Shown: positions 1 through 11,814, numbered from the stretch's first letter. The stretch: DNA of 64,000 bases from Podarcis gaigeae (GCA_964106915.2 OZ066919.1), one strand, 5' to 3'. Numbers and translations are program-made. The notes: generated by a model not told the origin, from the sequence alone.

Positions 1-174
1 GAGAAAAACAACTACCACACGTTTAGAAGACATCTGAAGGCAGCCCTGTTTATGGAAGCTTTTAATATTTGATGGACTATTGTATTTTAATATTTTGTTG
101 GAAGCCACCCAGAGCGGCTGAGGAAACACAGCCAGATGGGTATATAAATAATATGTTAATAATAATAATAATAA

Positions 175-205
<31 letters not shown>

Positions 206-223
206 AAGAAGAAGAAGAAGACA
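1..223 (+). mobile_element. L2-clade LINE 3' end with (TAA)n(GAA)n tail
   Basis: agacatctgaaggcagccctgttt...gaagccacccagagcggctg...gatgggtatataaata(aat)n is the same 3' end that is attached to the L2-type RT at 56.3-57.0 kb. Confidence 0.8.
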
Positions 224-619
224 TGTTTGATGTGCTGTTGCAGGCGTACTATGGCATTTCTTCTTTCTGTACTCCTCCCTCTGGCTCATCCATGCAGTGC
301 TAAATCTTGGTTTAGTATTACATGCAAATCTTCAGAATGTAGTTTACAAAATAAACTACAATAGCCGAAGTTTAAAATGCCATTCAGTAGACAGCAGCCA
401 CCACCAACCCCATTTCATGGTATTAATGAGTCTCTAGGTATGCCAGGTTCAAAGTTAAGGACAGCGCTGAGGAGCTTTACAAAGCCCATCATCTCTGACT
501 AATGGCCATGCTGGCTGGGCCTGATGGAAACTGGGATCAAATAACAACAAGAGGACCACAGGTTTCCCATCAGTGGTTTAGGAAAACAAACTCGGTATCT
601 GAGACTCACACTAACCACA

Positions 620-670
620 GAGTTTGTTTTCCTAAACCACTTCGGCTATTGTCTTCTTCTTCTTCTTCTT

Positions 671-701
<31 letters not shown>

Positions 702-816
702 TTATTATTATTATTATTAATATATTATTTATATACCCATCTGGCTGTGTTTCCTCAGCCGCTCTGGGTGGCTTCCAACAAAATATTAAAATACAATAGT
801 CCATCAAATATTAAAA
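620..816 (-). repeat. Inverted duplication of upstream segments 572-593, 358-371 and 60-223
   Basis: Direct reverse-complement matches, including the compound microsatellite. Confidence 0.9.
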
Positions 817-967
817 ATGCTTATGGTGAGGTGTCAGTGTTCTGCAATAAATAAATTAGAAATGGAAAAGTTCTAAGCTGCACATATATATGATATGCAA
901 AGAAAGGGATATATTCAAATCATGGTTCAAATCTCTCGTATGCCTACTTTTCGTCACCATTACTCAC

Positions 968-1154
968 CCATTACGGCATAGGCCTACAACATTATTTATC
1001 AAGCTGCCTGTCAGGTAGGGCTTGGCCATTTGTGGGTTGGACATGATTAGGTTCCTCAGTGTGTAGCAAGCAGATGTCATAATGTCCCCATAGTTGCTGG
1101 AACCTGGAGCCTGGAGGGCCAGGAGACGGGTCACATCTGGGAGCACCTGATTAG
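968..1154 (-). CDS. PKP1: PKP1 coding exon 11 here (gene continues beyond window start)
   Basis: Acceptor cccttcag|CT. ANQVLPDVTRLLALQAPGSSNYGDIMTSACYTLRNLIMSNPQMAKPYLTGSLINNVVGLCRN-G. Donor GG|GTGAGT. 187 nt. Confidence 0.95.
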
Positions 1155-1628
1155 CTGAAGGGCAGAAACAGATTACCATTAAATACAACTCAAAAAAGCT
1201 ATTGAGTTGTCTAAAACTCAAAAGGGTTACTGAAACTAAATAAGCATTACTCAATAAGGTCTACAATCGGGCATAAGGGGAATATTAGTCACCCTTGGGA
1301 GTTGTAGCAACAGATCCCACTTTTGCTAAAAAGCAAAATTATCAGGTGGGAAGAGCCAAAGCAGATCAGCTTCAGGGAGTGATGAAGTTCATATAACTGT
1401 GACTGTGGGTACCAAGCCTAACCTAACACACCTGCCCCCCCCCAACCCCAAACAATAGCATTTTACATGAGAGAGATAGCATCATCCGGAGGGTAAATAA
1501 TTCTTTGCTTATTCTCAGTTGCTTTTTAGATCATTAGATAGACCTGCTGATCTTGAACAAACATGAAAGCACAAAACTGGATGAGAACAGAAAAATGTTG
1601 AACCAGCTTCTCACTGATGAACACTTTA

Positions 1629-1854
1629 CAGTGGTACCTCTGGTTACAGACGCTTCAGGTTACAGACTCCGCTAACCTAGAAATAGTACCTCTGGTTAAG
1701 AACTTTGCTTCAGGATGAGAACAGAAATCGTGCTCCAGCGGCACGGCGGCAGCAGGAGGCCCCATTAGCTAAAGTGGTGCTTCAGGTTAAGAACAGTTTC
1801 AGGTTAAGAACGGACCTCCGGAACAAATTAAGTACTTAACCCGAGGTACCACTG
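1629..1854. mobile_element. Tc1/mariner-type MITE
   Basis: TIRs CAGTGGTACCTC...GAGGTACCACTG with TA on both sides. Confidence 0.9.
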
Positions 1855-1986
1855 TATTGTGATAGAAGAGATTTAAACACTCTGATCATTTAGCAGAGTG
1901 GGACTTTGGAGAAGAAACGACATATATGAAGAAAAGCGCGTGAATGTAAAGAAAGGAAAATAGGTAGAATACAAAATGGTGCCTAC

Positions 1987-2140
1987 CCATTGTTTTGTGT
2001 AGAATAGGGTGTCGAGACATATTGCTCAGCAAGGATGTTCCAGAGCGAACTACTTCAGCATTATTGGACTGCAGAAGGCGTGCTATACGGGGCAAACCTT
2101 TCTCCTTTAGACCAATCAACTGGCTCATTGCATTTGACAT
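1987..2140 (-). CDS. PKP1: PKP1 coding exon 10 here
   Basis: Acceptor ttttctag|ATG. MSNAMSQLIGLKEKGLPRIARLLQSNNAEVVRSGTSLLSNMSRHPILHKTM. Donor G|GTAGGC. 154 nt. Confidence 0.96.
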
Positions 2141-2289
2141 CTAGAAAAGTAAATAATTAGGCATTTCTTATTTCTAGAGTTTTGGGGTGGTAGCCAGCAT
2201 ACATCACACGCAGAGTGTCTACTATCATCAGTCAACAAAGTGCTTTTCCAGATGTCTAACCAGATGTGGGGTCAAAATAAGGCATTTAC

Positions 2290-2466
2290 CAGTCCTCTGC
2301 TTGCAGTCAGATTTTGCAGGGCTCCAGCACATGCCTCCAGGGTAGCATCTTTCTTGCTCTGGTCCATCAGAGACAGATATGTGCGGATGGCATCTGAATG
2401 GTACAACCAGCTGGACCCTCTGGGTTTATAGTCCTCTTCAGGAAGAGGTAGGTCATAGTCATCATA
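2290..2466 (-). CDS. PKP1: PKP1 coding exon 9 here
   Basis: Acceptor acccttag|TAT. YDDYDLPLPEEDYKPRGSSWLYHSDAIRTYLSLMDQSKKDATLEACAGALQNLTASRGL. Donor CTG|GTAAAT. 177 nt. Confidence 0.96.
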
Positions 2467-2735
2467 CTAAGGGTAAATAAGAATAATTAAAAAATCTAAG
2501 AAGTTGAAGTTTTACAAAAGAACCCCCTTTTTAACCCATGTTTTGCAAAAGAACCCCATTTTACCTATTTATTACACAAAACTAATATTAAACTGTTTTT
2601 GAATATTGCATTTTTGAATTGCTGAAATCCACCCTGGGACTTTATGGCGAAAGGTGGGCAGGAAATTGAAATAATCATCACCCAATGTTGCCATTAACAC
2701 AAGGCAATGATGTAGCTCTATGCACCAAATCTCAC

Positions 2736-2891
2736 CTCCAGTTTTCCACCTCTGTTGTTGAAGCAGCCAGTCAGGGTTTTGTCTGTGTAACTGTTCCTGG
2801 CCATGTGGTTGAGCTGCGTGTATTTATTAGGCACCTCAGCGTCAAGGCGGTAGGACAGATTGTGCAGGATACAGATGCAGTTCTCCACAGA
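2736..2891 (-). CDS. PKP1: PKP1 coding exon 8 here
   Basis: Acceptor tgttttag|TCT. SVENCICILHNLSYRLDAEVPNKYTQLNHMARNSYTDKTLTGCFNNRGGKLE. Donor GAG|GTGAGA. 156 nt. Confidence 0.96.
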
Positions 2892-3078
2892 CTAAAACAA
2901 AGAAAATGAAATAACCGGTCACTTCTCTCAGTTGTCAGTGCATAAATACTTTACACAGGGCAGGATTCTTTAAAAAAAAGACATTGCTGTAAAAATAATT
3001 CTGGGTTTACAATTCTGGCAATGTTAACAAGAGTTATATCAGCTGATGAACAAACATTACTCTACGTCTGACTTGTAC

Positions 3079-3193
3079 CTTGTCATCTGGACGGTTGGCA
3101 GCCACACAGTTCTGAGAATAAGCCATTACAGAGTCAATCAGTCCAGGGTGGTTCCTCATGGTTTGACGTCCAACATCTGCAGAACTCAGGTTC
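3079..3193 (-). CDS. PKP1: PKP1 coding exon 7 here (equivalent to human exon 8)
   Basis: Acceptor cctgtag|G. NLSSADVGRQTMRNHPGLIDSVMAYSQNCVAANRPDDK. Donor AAG|GTACAA. 115 nt. Confidence 0.96.
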
Positions 3194-3952
3194 CTACAGG
3201 GAAGAGACATTTTATAAATCAAAGGGAGAAGTAATCAGATCAGTCAGGCACCTCAGTTACTCTTGTCCTGTGCTCACCAATCTCTCTCTAGTTCTCTTTG
3301 ATTCAATGAGGGTGAAATTCTCCTATACAGAGAGCCTGTGGAATATATCGCAGACCTATTCCACAAAATAGATCTGCTCCTAAGCACAACTATTAGCTTC
3401 ATGGCAGCTTTCTTTCTAAAGCTAATAGCTGGGATCACAGCTGGGGGATAAATGGTTAAACCTCCCCTCCCCACATGCTGTAGTCCTCAATGAAAATCAT
3501 CTGCAATATCTACTATTAACTTTTCTTTTTCTTTTTGAGCCCAATATCTGCTGTGTACATATTACTGGCTTAAAACACATCTCAGTCTTTCTTTTGCTCA
3601 ATTTGGATTAAAGATGATTGGGGGGAGGGAGACGACACATAAAAATGGTGTATTTCATAAAGAATGGCAGGACAAATACAGAATAGATATGGATTATGGC
3701 TAATGTAGAATGTACACTGCTTCCAAAACTAGCGGTGGGAGCACACTGAGTGCAAAGTAAAAGGGAGTGTGTACACAGCCAGGGCTTCTAATAATGCATT
3801 TAGCATTGGGTCTAGCTTGGTCCCAAAAGCTGCATATGCTGAGAGAAACAGGGTGCTTTAATATTAGTTGATTCTAATCATTTAAATAACTATTCAAAAA
3901 TAATGTTTTTAAGGGGGTGAATATAATATCTGAAAGTTCATTAATCCAAATA

Positions 3953-4591
3953 CAGTGGTACCTTGGTTCTCAAACGCCTTGGTACACAGACACCTTGGTT
4001 CTCAAACGCCAAAAACCCAGAAGTAAGTGTTCCGGTTTTCAAACATTTTTGGGAAGCCAACATCCGATGCGGCTGTTGGCTATTGTTTCTGGGGCACCTG
4101 CACCTTGGTTTTCAAACATTTTGAAAGTCAAACAGATTTCTGGAATGGATTAAGTTTGGCGCTTTTGTTTTTGTTATTTATTTTGTGTTTTTGTTTTTGA
4201 GGCTTTTTCAGTTAATTGTGTGGAACCCAGTTCAACTACTGATTGATTGATTGATTGATTGATTGTGTGACTAAGGAAATAGATAAAAGCCCTCCATCCA
4301 AACAATGACTATCATCAGTGCAGGTAAGAATTTTTTTTTAATTTTTTTTTATCATCTACAATAATGTCTTATATATTTTATAGTACAGTACATTGATTAT
4401 TGCTTTAATTTTATTGATCAATGGTCTCATTATATAGTAAAATCCATGTTATAATAGCTGTTTTAGGGGTCGTTTTTAAAAGGCTGGAACAGATTAATCC
4501 ATTTTGCATTACTTTCTATGGGAAAGCGTGCCTTGGTTTTGGAATGCTTTGCTTTTGGAACGGATTAAGTTTGAGAACCAAGGTACCACTG
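3953..4591. mobile_element. Tc1/mariner-type non-autonomous element (longer subfamily)
   Basis: TIRs CAGTGGTACCTTGGTTCTCAAAC / GTTTGAGAACCAAGGTACCACTG, TA TSD, internal (GATT)n. Confidence 0.9.
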
Positions 4592-6460
4592 TACTTAATT
4601 TAACAATTCTGGTTGGTTTTCCAGGGGTTGCAAGGGAGTCTGAGAACTTTCTCCTTTCAATAGCTCAAACTCATCTCCTTTTGCTCAGCTACACTACCAT
4701 TAAGGCTGATGCCTGCCAAGTTTCATAACACAACCATTAAGATGAAACAATCTTTCAAAATGTTTGAGGGCAAATGCAAATATTGTTTGATCAAACTAAA
4801 TAGTGCTGTTCAGATGGTTATAGCTAACGTCTTCAAGACACTGGTTTTTCTCACATGAGGCTTACTTCACAATACTGTGTCAAGGTGCTGAGATTTTTTT
4901 TTAACAGAGACCATTTCTGATACACAAACAAGCCCTAGCTAGTTTTAAGATCACTATGGAGCTATTTTTTCTGTTTTCCCTTCAGACTCCCAAAGGTTTG
5001 AAGATATGGAGCTTGGAATGCTTCCATTTTGCACTGAGTCATTTTATAAGGGAGCTCTCTCTCCATTATCTACCTAAGCAAGAATGGAAATAATTTACTA
5101 TTGTACAGTGAGTTTACAAGCTGCTTATATCAGCTTGTTAGACCCCTGGACCAAGAAAGCTGCAGTCGCTGATGCAGTTCATCTTTTTCATTTCACCAAA
5201 CAATGGTACTTTTAGTTCATGTGTGTGCTTGAGGCTGCTGCTCAATCCCCTAAGGGTGAACTTCTAATTGTGTAGCTCTTCCATTGGCTCATTCAGTGAT
5301 TCTCATATGCTGGCAGTCTAGCATTGCTGGAGATCAGTAAGAGAAACTGCAAGTCAGGACTAATACGTTCATGCCAAGGAATTTGATAGCTTTTCCTAAG
5401 CTTGAATAAAACTATTGCATGCTAACTAAGAGGCTTCCTACAGTTTAAAAGTGGGTGGTTGTAGAGGACTAGGGAATCTAATGAAGAAAACCAATATGGA
5501 GGGCAATTCAAAGGAAAGTCATTGCCAGAGGCAGTCATTAAAATTCAATGAGGAGCAAGCAAAAGGTTTGTGTGTTTTTTAACATGCAGGTGAAGAACGT
5601 TTGGTCAGAGTACCAGCACACACCTGGTACCTGCGCCTCCAGTCTTTATGCATACAACAAAAATACATCTAGATGACTGCAATGAGAATGGTTGAGAAGC
5701 TTCATTTTGTGCAGAATCGGACAGTGCTTGATGCAAACTTAAAGGAACTTCACTGTCTGTCAATTTAAAGACTGGCACTTAACCTTTTAACCTTTACAAC
5801 CCGAAATAGCTTTGTGCTCAGACTACCACACCTCACATGCTTCTCAGTAATACTGGAAATCTGCATCTACTGGGCCTGAAATCTCTGAGTCCAGTCCCTA
5901 TATAGCTCTATTTTCATTCTGGTTTGTTACTAGAATAGGGAACCAAAAGCAGTGAATCAATGATCTCAAAATACCACTTTCATTGGAATTTTGGCTTACA
6001 ATTCCAAGTCTTTTTCAGACATGGAGCTCTACAATGGATTGCTCTACCCAGCAATGGTATGCCTGGTATATATTGAATTTTAAGTGACAAGCAAAAACCT
6101 TTCAATTCACCCAAGCTTTTAAAAATTTCTTTTATCTTAAATTTTTAAACTTCAAATCCCACTGCTGGAATGTGAAATGCTTGCAACATTCTAGTGACTT
6201 TTAGGGTTGTCCCAATTGTAGACAATTTCTGAGAGTTTATTGTTGACCAATACGACTATTCTTTGTTTCTTAAAATTTTTAAACTCTTGGACTCTTAATT
6301 GCACTTTCATGCATTATTTGTTTTGTTGCATTAATTTTTGTATACTGACTTGAAATCATTGATAAAAGACAGTATATCAACATTCTAAATTACATACATA
6401 ACATAAATGCACCTCAGTTTTTTCAATATGATCAAAATGCTAATATGTCTGTTGACCTAC

Positions 6461-6638
6461 CTCAGACAGCCAGTGGCATTGAAGAATACCTCTGGGTCAA
6501 TAATTTCTCTTGATCTAGTACTAACACCATCAGACCAGCCAGAAAAAGGAATAATAACACGATCAGTCAGAACAGGAAGAGCTTCATGTATTAAATCTTC
6601 TTTCAGTTCATCTGTGGACGATAAGTTCCAGAGCAATC
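6461..6638 (-). CDS. PKP1: PKP1 coding exon 6
   Basis: Acceptor ctttccag|GA. GLLWNLSSTDELKEDLIHEALPVLTDRVIIPFSGWSDGVSTRSREIIDPEVFFNATGCLR. Donor AG|GTAGGT. 178 nt. Confidence 0.96.
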
Positions 6639-6697
6639 CTGGAAAGCAAATACATGAGACACATTGCTATAGCTTCCTGTCATTCTCATTTGGATTC

Positions 6698-6805
6698 ATA
6701 ATAATAATAATTTTATTATTTATACCCACCCACTCTGGGCGGCTCCCAGCAGAACATTAAAAACAGAATACAACTTCAGACATTAAAAACTTCCCTAAAT
6801 AGGGA
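6698..6805 (-). mobile_element. L2 LINE 3' tail fragment
   Basis: (aat)n-ttatttatacccacc..ctctgggcggctcccagc..ttaaaaacttccctaaataggg. Confidence 0.75.
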
Positions 6806-7157
6806 TTCAAGAGGAAACTGCAAAGCTAATAGGTATTCTGAAAGTGAATCTCCAAATGTTCATGGAAGGCATTCAAGCTACAGTCATGTTAAAATAAATT
6901 CTACCTGCCTCACTGCCTGCTTATGAATGATACTGGGAATCTACGTCTACTGGGCCTGAAATCTCTGATCCCACATAGCTTTATTTATGTTCTGGTGTGT
7001 TACTGGGATAGGGAAGAAAAAAACCAGGGAACCAAAATATCAGTCTAGAAGATTGTCTTTCCTTTTAACAAACTGGTAGTGTTTCTTTATTAAATTCCAA
7101 CTTCTCTTCCACTTGCTGCATTAAATGAAAAAGCACCAATACTGAGGTTTTCCAATA

Positions 7158-7378
7158 CAGTGGTACCTCAGGTTACAAACAGTCCTGTTTATGAATTATT
7201 CGGTCTACGAACTCCGCAAAACCGGAAGTAGTGTTCTGGCTTGTGAACTTTACCTCGGTCTACAAACGGAATCCGAATGGTGGAAGGGCACCGGCGGAGG
7301 GAGGCCTCATTAGGGAACGGATTTGGTTTAAGAACGGACTTCTGGAATGGATTAAGTTCGTAAACCAAGGTACCACTG
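7158..7378. mobile_element. Tc1/mariner-type MITE
   Basis: CAGTGGTACCTC...AAGGTACCACTG with TA TSD; internally similar to 1629-1854. Confidence 0.88.
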
Positions 7379-7659
7379 TATACAAATATATTGAAGTTTA
7401 GTCAATTTTATGTTACCTATATTGAGGGCTTCCACCTGCACCACAAGACTTCCTCTTCTCTCCCCAATCTGTTCAGGTTTTGGTGGGTAGCACAGGGAGC
7501 ACACAGAGTGAAGAGATGGAAGAAGTTGCATTGTGAAGGTATAAATCCTTGCGCTAATGGGAAACCTTTGCTGGACACAACCCAATATTTATGTACTAAT
7601 TTGTATTAGTGATTTACTGATCCAGTTGCTCCAACATTGTTATAAAAGGGTGGGGGTAC

Positions 7660-7867
7660 CTGTCAGCTGCTTCTGTATCTCTGTGCTCCCAGTCCTTCTC
7701 AGGAGGCTCACACATTCTCGAATTCCATTCTGACGGCGGGTTTCTAGCTTGTTGGTTGGATTTCTGAAAACTAAGTTTCGGAGGGCCCCAGCTGCAGCCT
7801 GTTGCACGTTCTCATCTGGGCTGCGCAGAAGCTCAATAAGTTTGGAAATGCCACCAAGCCGATAGAC
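7660..7867 (-). CDS. PKP1: PKP1 coding exon 5
   Basis: Not in the ORF track. Acceptor tttgttag|GTC. VYRLGGISKLIELLRSPDENVQQAAAGALRNLVFRNPTNKLETRRQNGIRECVSLLRRTGSTEIQKQLT-G. Donor G|GTACCC. 208 nt. Confidence 0.96.
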
Positions 7868-9067
7868 CTAACAAAGAAGGGATTTAAATGTTTGTTGATC
7901 AAAACTGTTTAGAAACCTCTCTTGTTTTTTCTGCAGATAGGAAGCATTCGTGTTGAAGGTTAACATATGACGTATACTCATTGCAGTGACCAGTGTTGAA
8001 CTACTACTGGCTTTACTGTGAATATTCATTCATTTAATTTATTTATTAAATCTATATACTTCCCTTCATCTGTAGAGCTCAGGGAAGTTCACAGCATAAA
8101 AATACAAAATAAAAATACATAATACATAATATAAACATAATAAACACATGACAAAGTACATAATAAAAACAAAAACAAAACAATAACGCCCTCCCCCTAT
8201 ATATGTATATGTGCCCCATATAGTAGGTTTTATTGCATGCATAAACTGCTGCTTCCTATTGCACATGATAGCATTAAGAGTTTATAGAGTGTTCCTTGGG
8301 GCCCAAAGTCTCTTCTTCCTTTAAAATAATGAACCAATGCTTTTGATTGGTTCAAAAGCCACCTTGGTGCAGAGGTCACTCACTATACGTGAAGGAAGGA
8401 ACGCTTTGCTGATGAGTCAGGGCAGTTTCTGCAATTCATCAGTTCAGGTGATAGCAGTCTAAGTTCCAACATGCCATGTACTGTAGGGGAAAGGGTGTGC
8501 TCTTGTTCATTGACTGCTGAAAGCTCTGGTCTAGACCTCACTTGGTTCAATGACCCTTGTACAATATTATTTGAAAAGGTGGAAGTGAGACTGGAAAGCT
8601 TATGTGTTAAAGAGGAAATGGGTGCTGCTCTAGGAAAGCCAGACTAGTCATGATGTAGAAAGTAAATATAAACGAACTGTTTATTGCAAATTGTTTAAGT
8701 TGTTGGACAGGCAATTAATCAGGATCACTGCCCTGATATTTTATGACATGGCACTATAGAAATACTTTTTATAAATAAAAAATAATTCAGAATAAGTGCT
8801 TTCCTACTGGTCATATTTATTCCTCAAAATACTTTTTATCTCGCTCCTTCCATTGCCTAGTGGATAGGCATTATTGTTTGATATTAGAGCAAATTATATG
8901 TCCCAAACAGGTATTTTTTCCAAAAGTGTGCAAGATTTATTTGCCTTCATTGCAAGTTTGTTCTGAGTAAATTTTGGAAAAGGATATACCCATGAAGACA
9001 GCATGGTTATGTTATTCAGTAAAGTATCATTTTTGTTAATGGCATGATAATATAAATAATAATATTA

Positions 9068-9790
9068 ACTGGATCCTGGCCTGCACCCAGCTTTGGCTAA
9101 TGGGGATGCAGGCTCGGGACTTGGGCTGTGCCAGGGGGCAGAGCCAACGGAGCAGGTAGGCTTCCCTTGGATCCACCCCTTGCCCATTTAAGCAACTCAC
9201 ACCTGGGGCACTACCTATTTGTTCCTTCAGCAGCTTTTCCCCCCCTGCACACCCACCCTCGGTTTAAGCTTATAGTCAATGACTTTGTTGTGGCTATGGT
9301 GGTTGCTGTTCTTTAAGGGGGCCGGGTAGGAATTTGCCCACCGGGCTAACTGGCACTGACCTGGTGGTTTTGCCTACCTCATAGAAATCGTCATGACTGG
9401 TTGGGCATTGGGCCAATCCTTTGTTTTGGATGGAGGGGAGGTTGTAGTCTCCATCAGCCCCTCCAAAAGCTGGGGTATCCCGTTAAAGGGATCCAGGGGG
9501 AGTGGCCATGTCTGCAAGCCCAGGTGGGTTCCAGGGCCGAAGGCACTCTCCCAGACAGCGGTCCCTGCAGGGGGCACCCTATTTGATGTAAATCTTAGGA
9601 ACCCCCATCTGGATTGGCCACTCGTCACTTCCAGTAGTTGGGCTGGAAGTATTTTGATTGCCTCATGCCCAAGCCAAACCTCTTTCATCTGTATTCAATA
9701 AAGTTGTGGTGTGTTTTGACCCCAAAACCAGCCTTATTGGTCTCTTATTTGCATGGGTAGGGGGAGTATGGAGTAGGGGGAGGGTATTTG
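9068..9790 (+). mobile_element. GC-rich LTR-like / possibly DIRS-like non-autonomous element (family unassigned)
   Basis: Abrupt GC-rich block with several hairpins, ending in CATCTGTATTCAATAAAGTTGTG; related 3' end at 12.45-12.73 kb. Boundaries approximate. Confidence 0.5.
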
Positions 9791-9806
9791 TCTGACAGCT
9801 TACTTT

Positions 9807-10312
9807 CATATAATCATAGAACCTTAGAGTTGGAAGGGACCCAAGGGTCATCTAGTCCAAGCCCCTGCAATGCAGGAATCTCAACTAAAGCATCCATGAC
9901 AGATGGCCATTCAACCTCTGTTTAAAAACCTCCAAGGAAGGAGAGTCCACCACCTCTTGTGAGAGTCTGTTCCACTGCGGAACAGCTCTTACTTTCAGAA
10001 AGTTTCCCCAAATGTCTAGCCAGAATCTCCTTTCTTGAAACTTGAAGCCTACACTCCAGAGCAGGGGAAAACATGCATACTCCCTCCTCCACGTGACAAC
10101 CCTTAAGATATTTGAAGGTAGCTAGCATATCTCCTCTCAGCCTCCTCTTTTCCAGGCTAAACATAGCCAGCTCCTTCAAACGCTCTTCATAAGGCTTAGC
10201 TTCCAGACCCTTGATTATCTTGGTCACCCTCCTCTGCACACGTTCCAGCTTGTCAACATCCTTCTTAAATTGTGATGCCCAGAATTGGACACAGTATTCC
10301 AAGTGTGGTCAG
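9807..10312 (-). mobile_element. CR1 LINE 3' fragment (ORF2 C-terminus + 3' UTR)
   Basis: [52 protein letters not shown], with CR1-type TTCTATGATT tail. Confidence 0.92.
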
Positions 10313-10933
10313 TGAGAATTTCAGAATTAGATAACCAATTTGTTCTGAAGGAACAAAAGTGGATATCCTAACTGTTTCAAAGCTGAATTTTGATACATTT
10401 ATGGGATCTGACTGCACGCTAACGTTGGTGCTGTTTTAGAAGTCAAATACTCAAAATGAAAGTTTTCTCAGTTGTATTTGCAATTCTGACACAGTTCTTG
10501 AAAACATAAATTTAAAACAACTATATTTCAATTATCATTACCTGGAAATAACCCCCAAAAAATAATCACTCATATGCATATGCATCAATTCAAATAACCA
10601 CATCTGAACCTATGCCAATAATTTTGAAGTCAGATGCTGATGCTCTGAACAGTTGTATGTTTGGAAGTTTAAACATAAGTTATTTGCAGAGAAGTAGAGC
10701 TTTGTGTGTGCCTAATACCTACCCAAAAAGCGCACCCAATGCACTAATGGCGAAGCCCCCTTTATACCCCTAGTATTACCTCTTAGTGTTGAATGGACAA
10801 GATACCTCTTCCCAATCTGACTTCCTCTTCTTTCTGGTGGAGCTACAGGAAACACGAGTCCTGACATAATTCCACACATTAAAGCATCTCCTACAAAGCC
10901 ACACACAGCTGAAGTAGTGAGGGATAACTTTAC

Positions 10934-11078
10934 CTCTTGCTTGGCAGATTCATCTTGAAAACAGGTGTGCTGCAGGTAGTAAGCCCCCATGGCATGGTAC
11001 TTCTCATCTGAAGAACACAGGAACTGGATGGCTTTCTGAATAGTCATTGCTCCATAATCCATCTCATCATTGACTATT
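10934..11078 (-). CDS. PKP1: PKP1 coding exon 4 (start of armadillo domain)
   Basis: Acceptor tgtttag|A. IVNDEMDYGAMTIQKAIQFLCSSDEKYHAMGAYYLQHTCFQDESAKQE. Donor GAG|GTAAAG. 145 nt. Confidence 0.96.
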
Positions 11079-11420
11079 CTAAACATTAAAAGGGGAAGGA
11101 AATGTCATTCACTGTGAGGCAGATTCCTAGCAGTTTAATAGCAAAATAGTGGAAGAGCTAAAAATGAATTACATCCTCTTCTTATCTAGGTGACAAGTAT
11201 TAACAGGGAAGTACAGGAACTCTGAACAGTGCATAAATCCCACCCTGTAAACTATGTAAACACTATCTATCAACCAAGAAGTTGTAAATATACAACATTA
11301 AGATTAAAATAACAAGATTACACTAAAGTTAAGATTCTAGCTACCTCCTTGCTCAATAAAACCATCCCACCATCTCTTCTGTACCATATTGAATGGACAC
11401 CACTTCCCATAATGTAAAAT

Positions 11421-11556
11421 CAGGCATAGGCAAACTCCGGCCCTCCAGATGTTTGGGACTACAATTCCCATCATCCCTGATCACCGGTCGTGTTAGCTAG
11501 GGATGATGGGAATCGTAGTCCCAAACATCTGGAGGGCCGGAGTTTGCCTATGCCTG
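11421..11556. mobile_element. hAT-type palindromic MITE
   Basis: Near-perfect fold-back CAGGCATAGGCAAACTCCGGCCCTCCAGATG...; flanks atgtaaaat / atgtaaat (8-bp TSD with one A slip). Confidence 0.9.
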
Positions 11557-11814
11557 ATGTAAATGATTCACCTAAATTAAAGGGTCAAAACCTTTATCCC
11601 ATCCTCATCCCTTTTAGCCATAATCCAGCCTCATTTCCTCTTCAGTTCCTATTTTAGCATAAAATTGTCCTGTCATTCTCTTCTACTCACCCACCTAACT
11701 AGACCCCAGTATAGAAGTTATCCAACTGGGTAGCAAACTAAGGGAAAGGACCAAGTGAACAATCTTCTAAGACATCTGGCTTGCACGGCAGCAATGCAAT
11801 TTTACCTCATTCTA

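Noticed and set aside
572-641. 22-bp perfect hairpin as a pre-miRNA
   Set aside because: Fully explained as the turn-around point of the inverted duplication; no independent evidence.
1-967. Next PKP1 exon (ASPKAAEAARLLL-like)
   Set aside because: No matching reading frame found; it must lie beyond the window.
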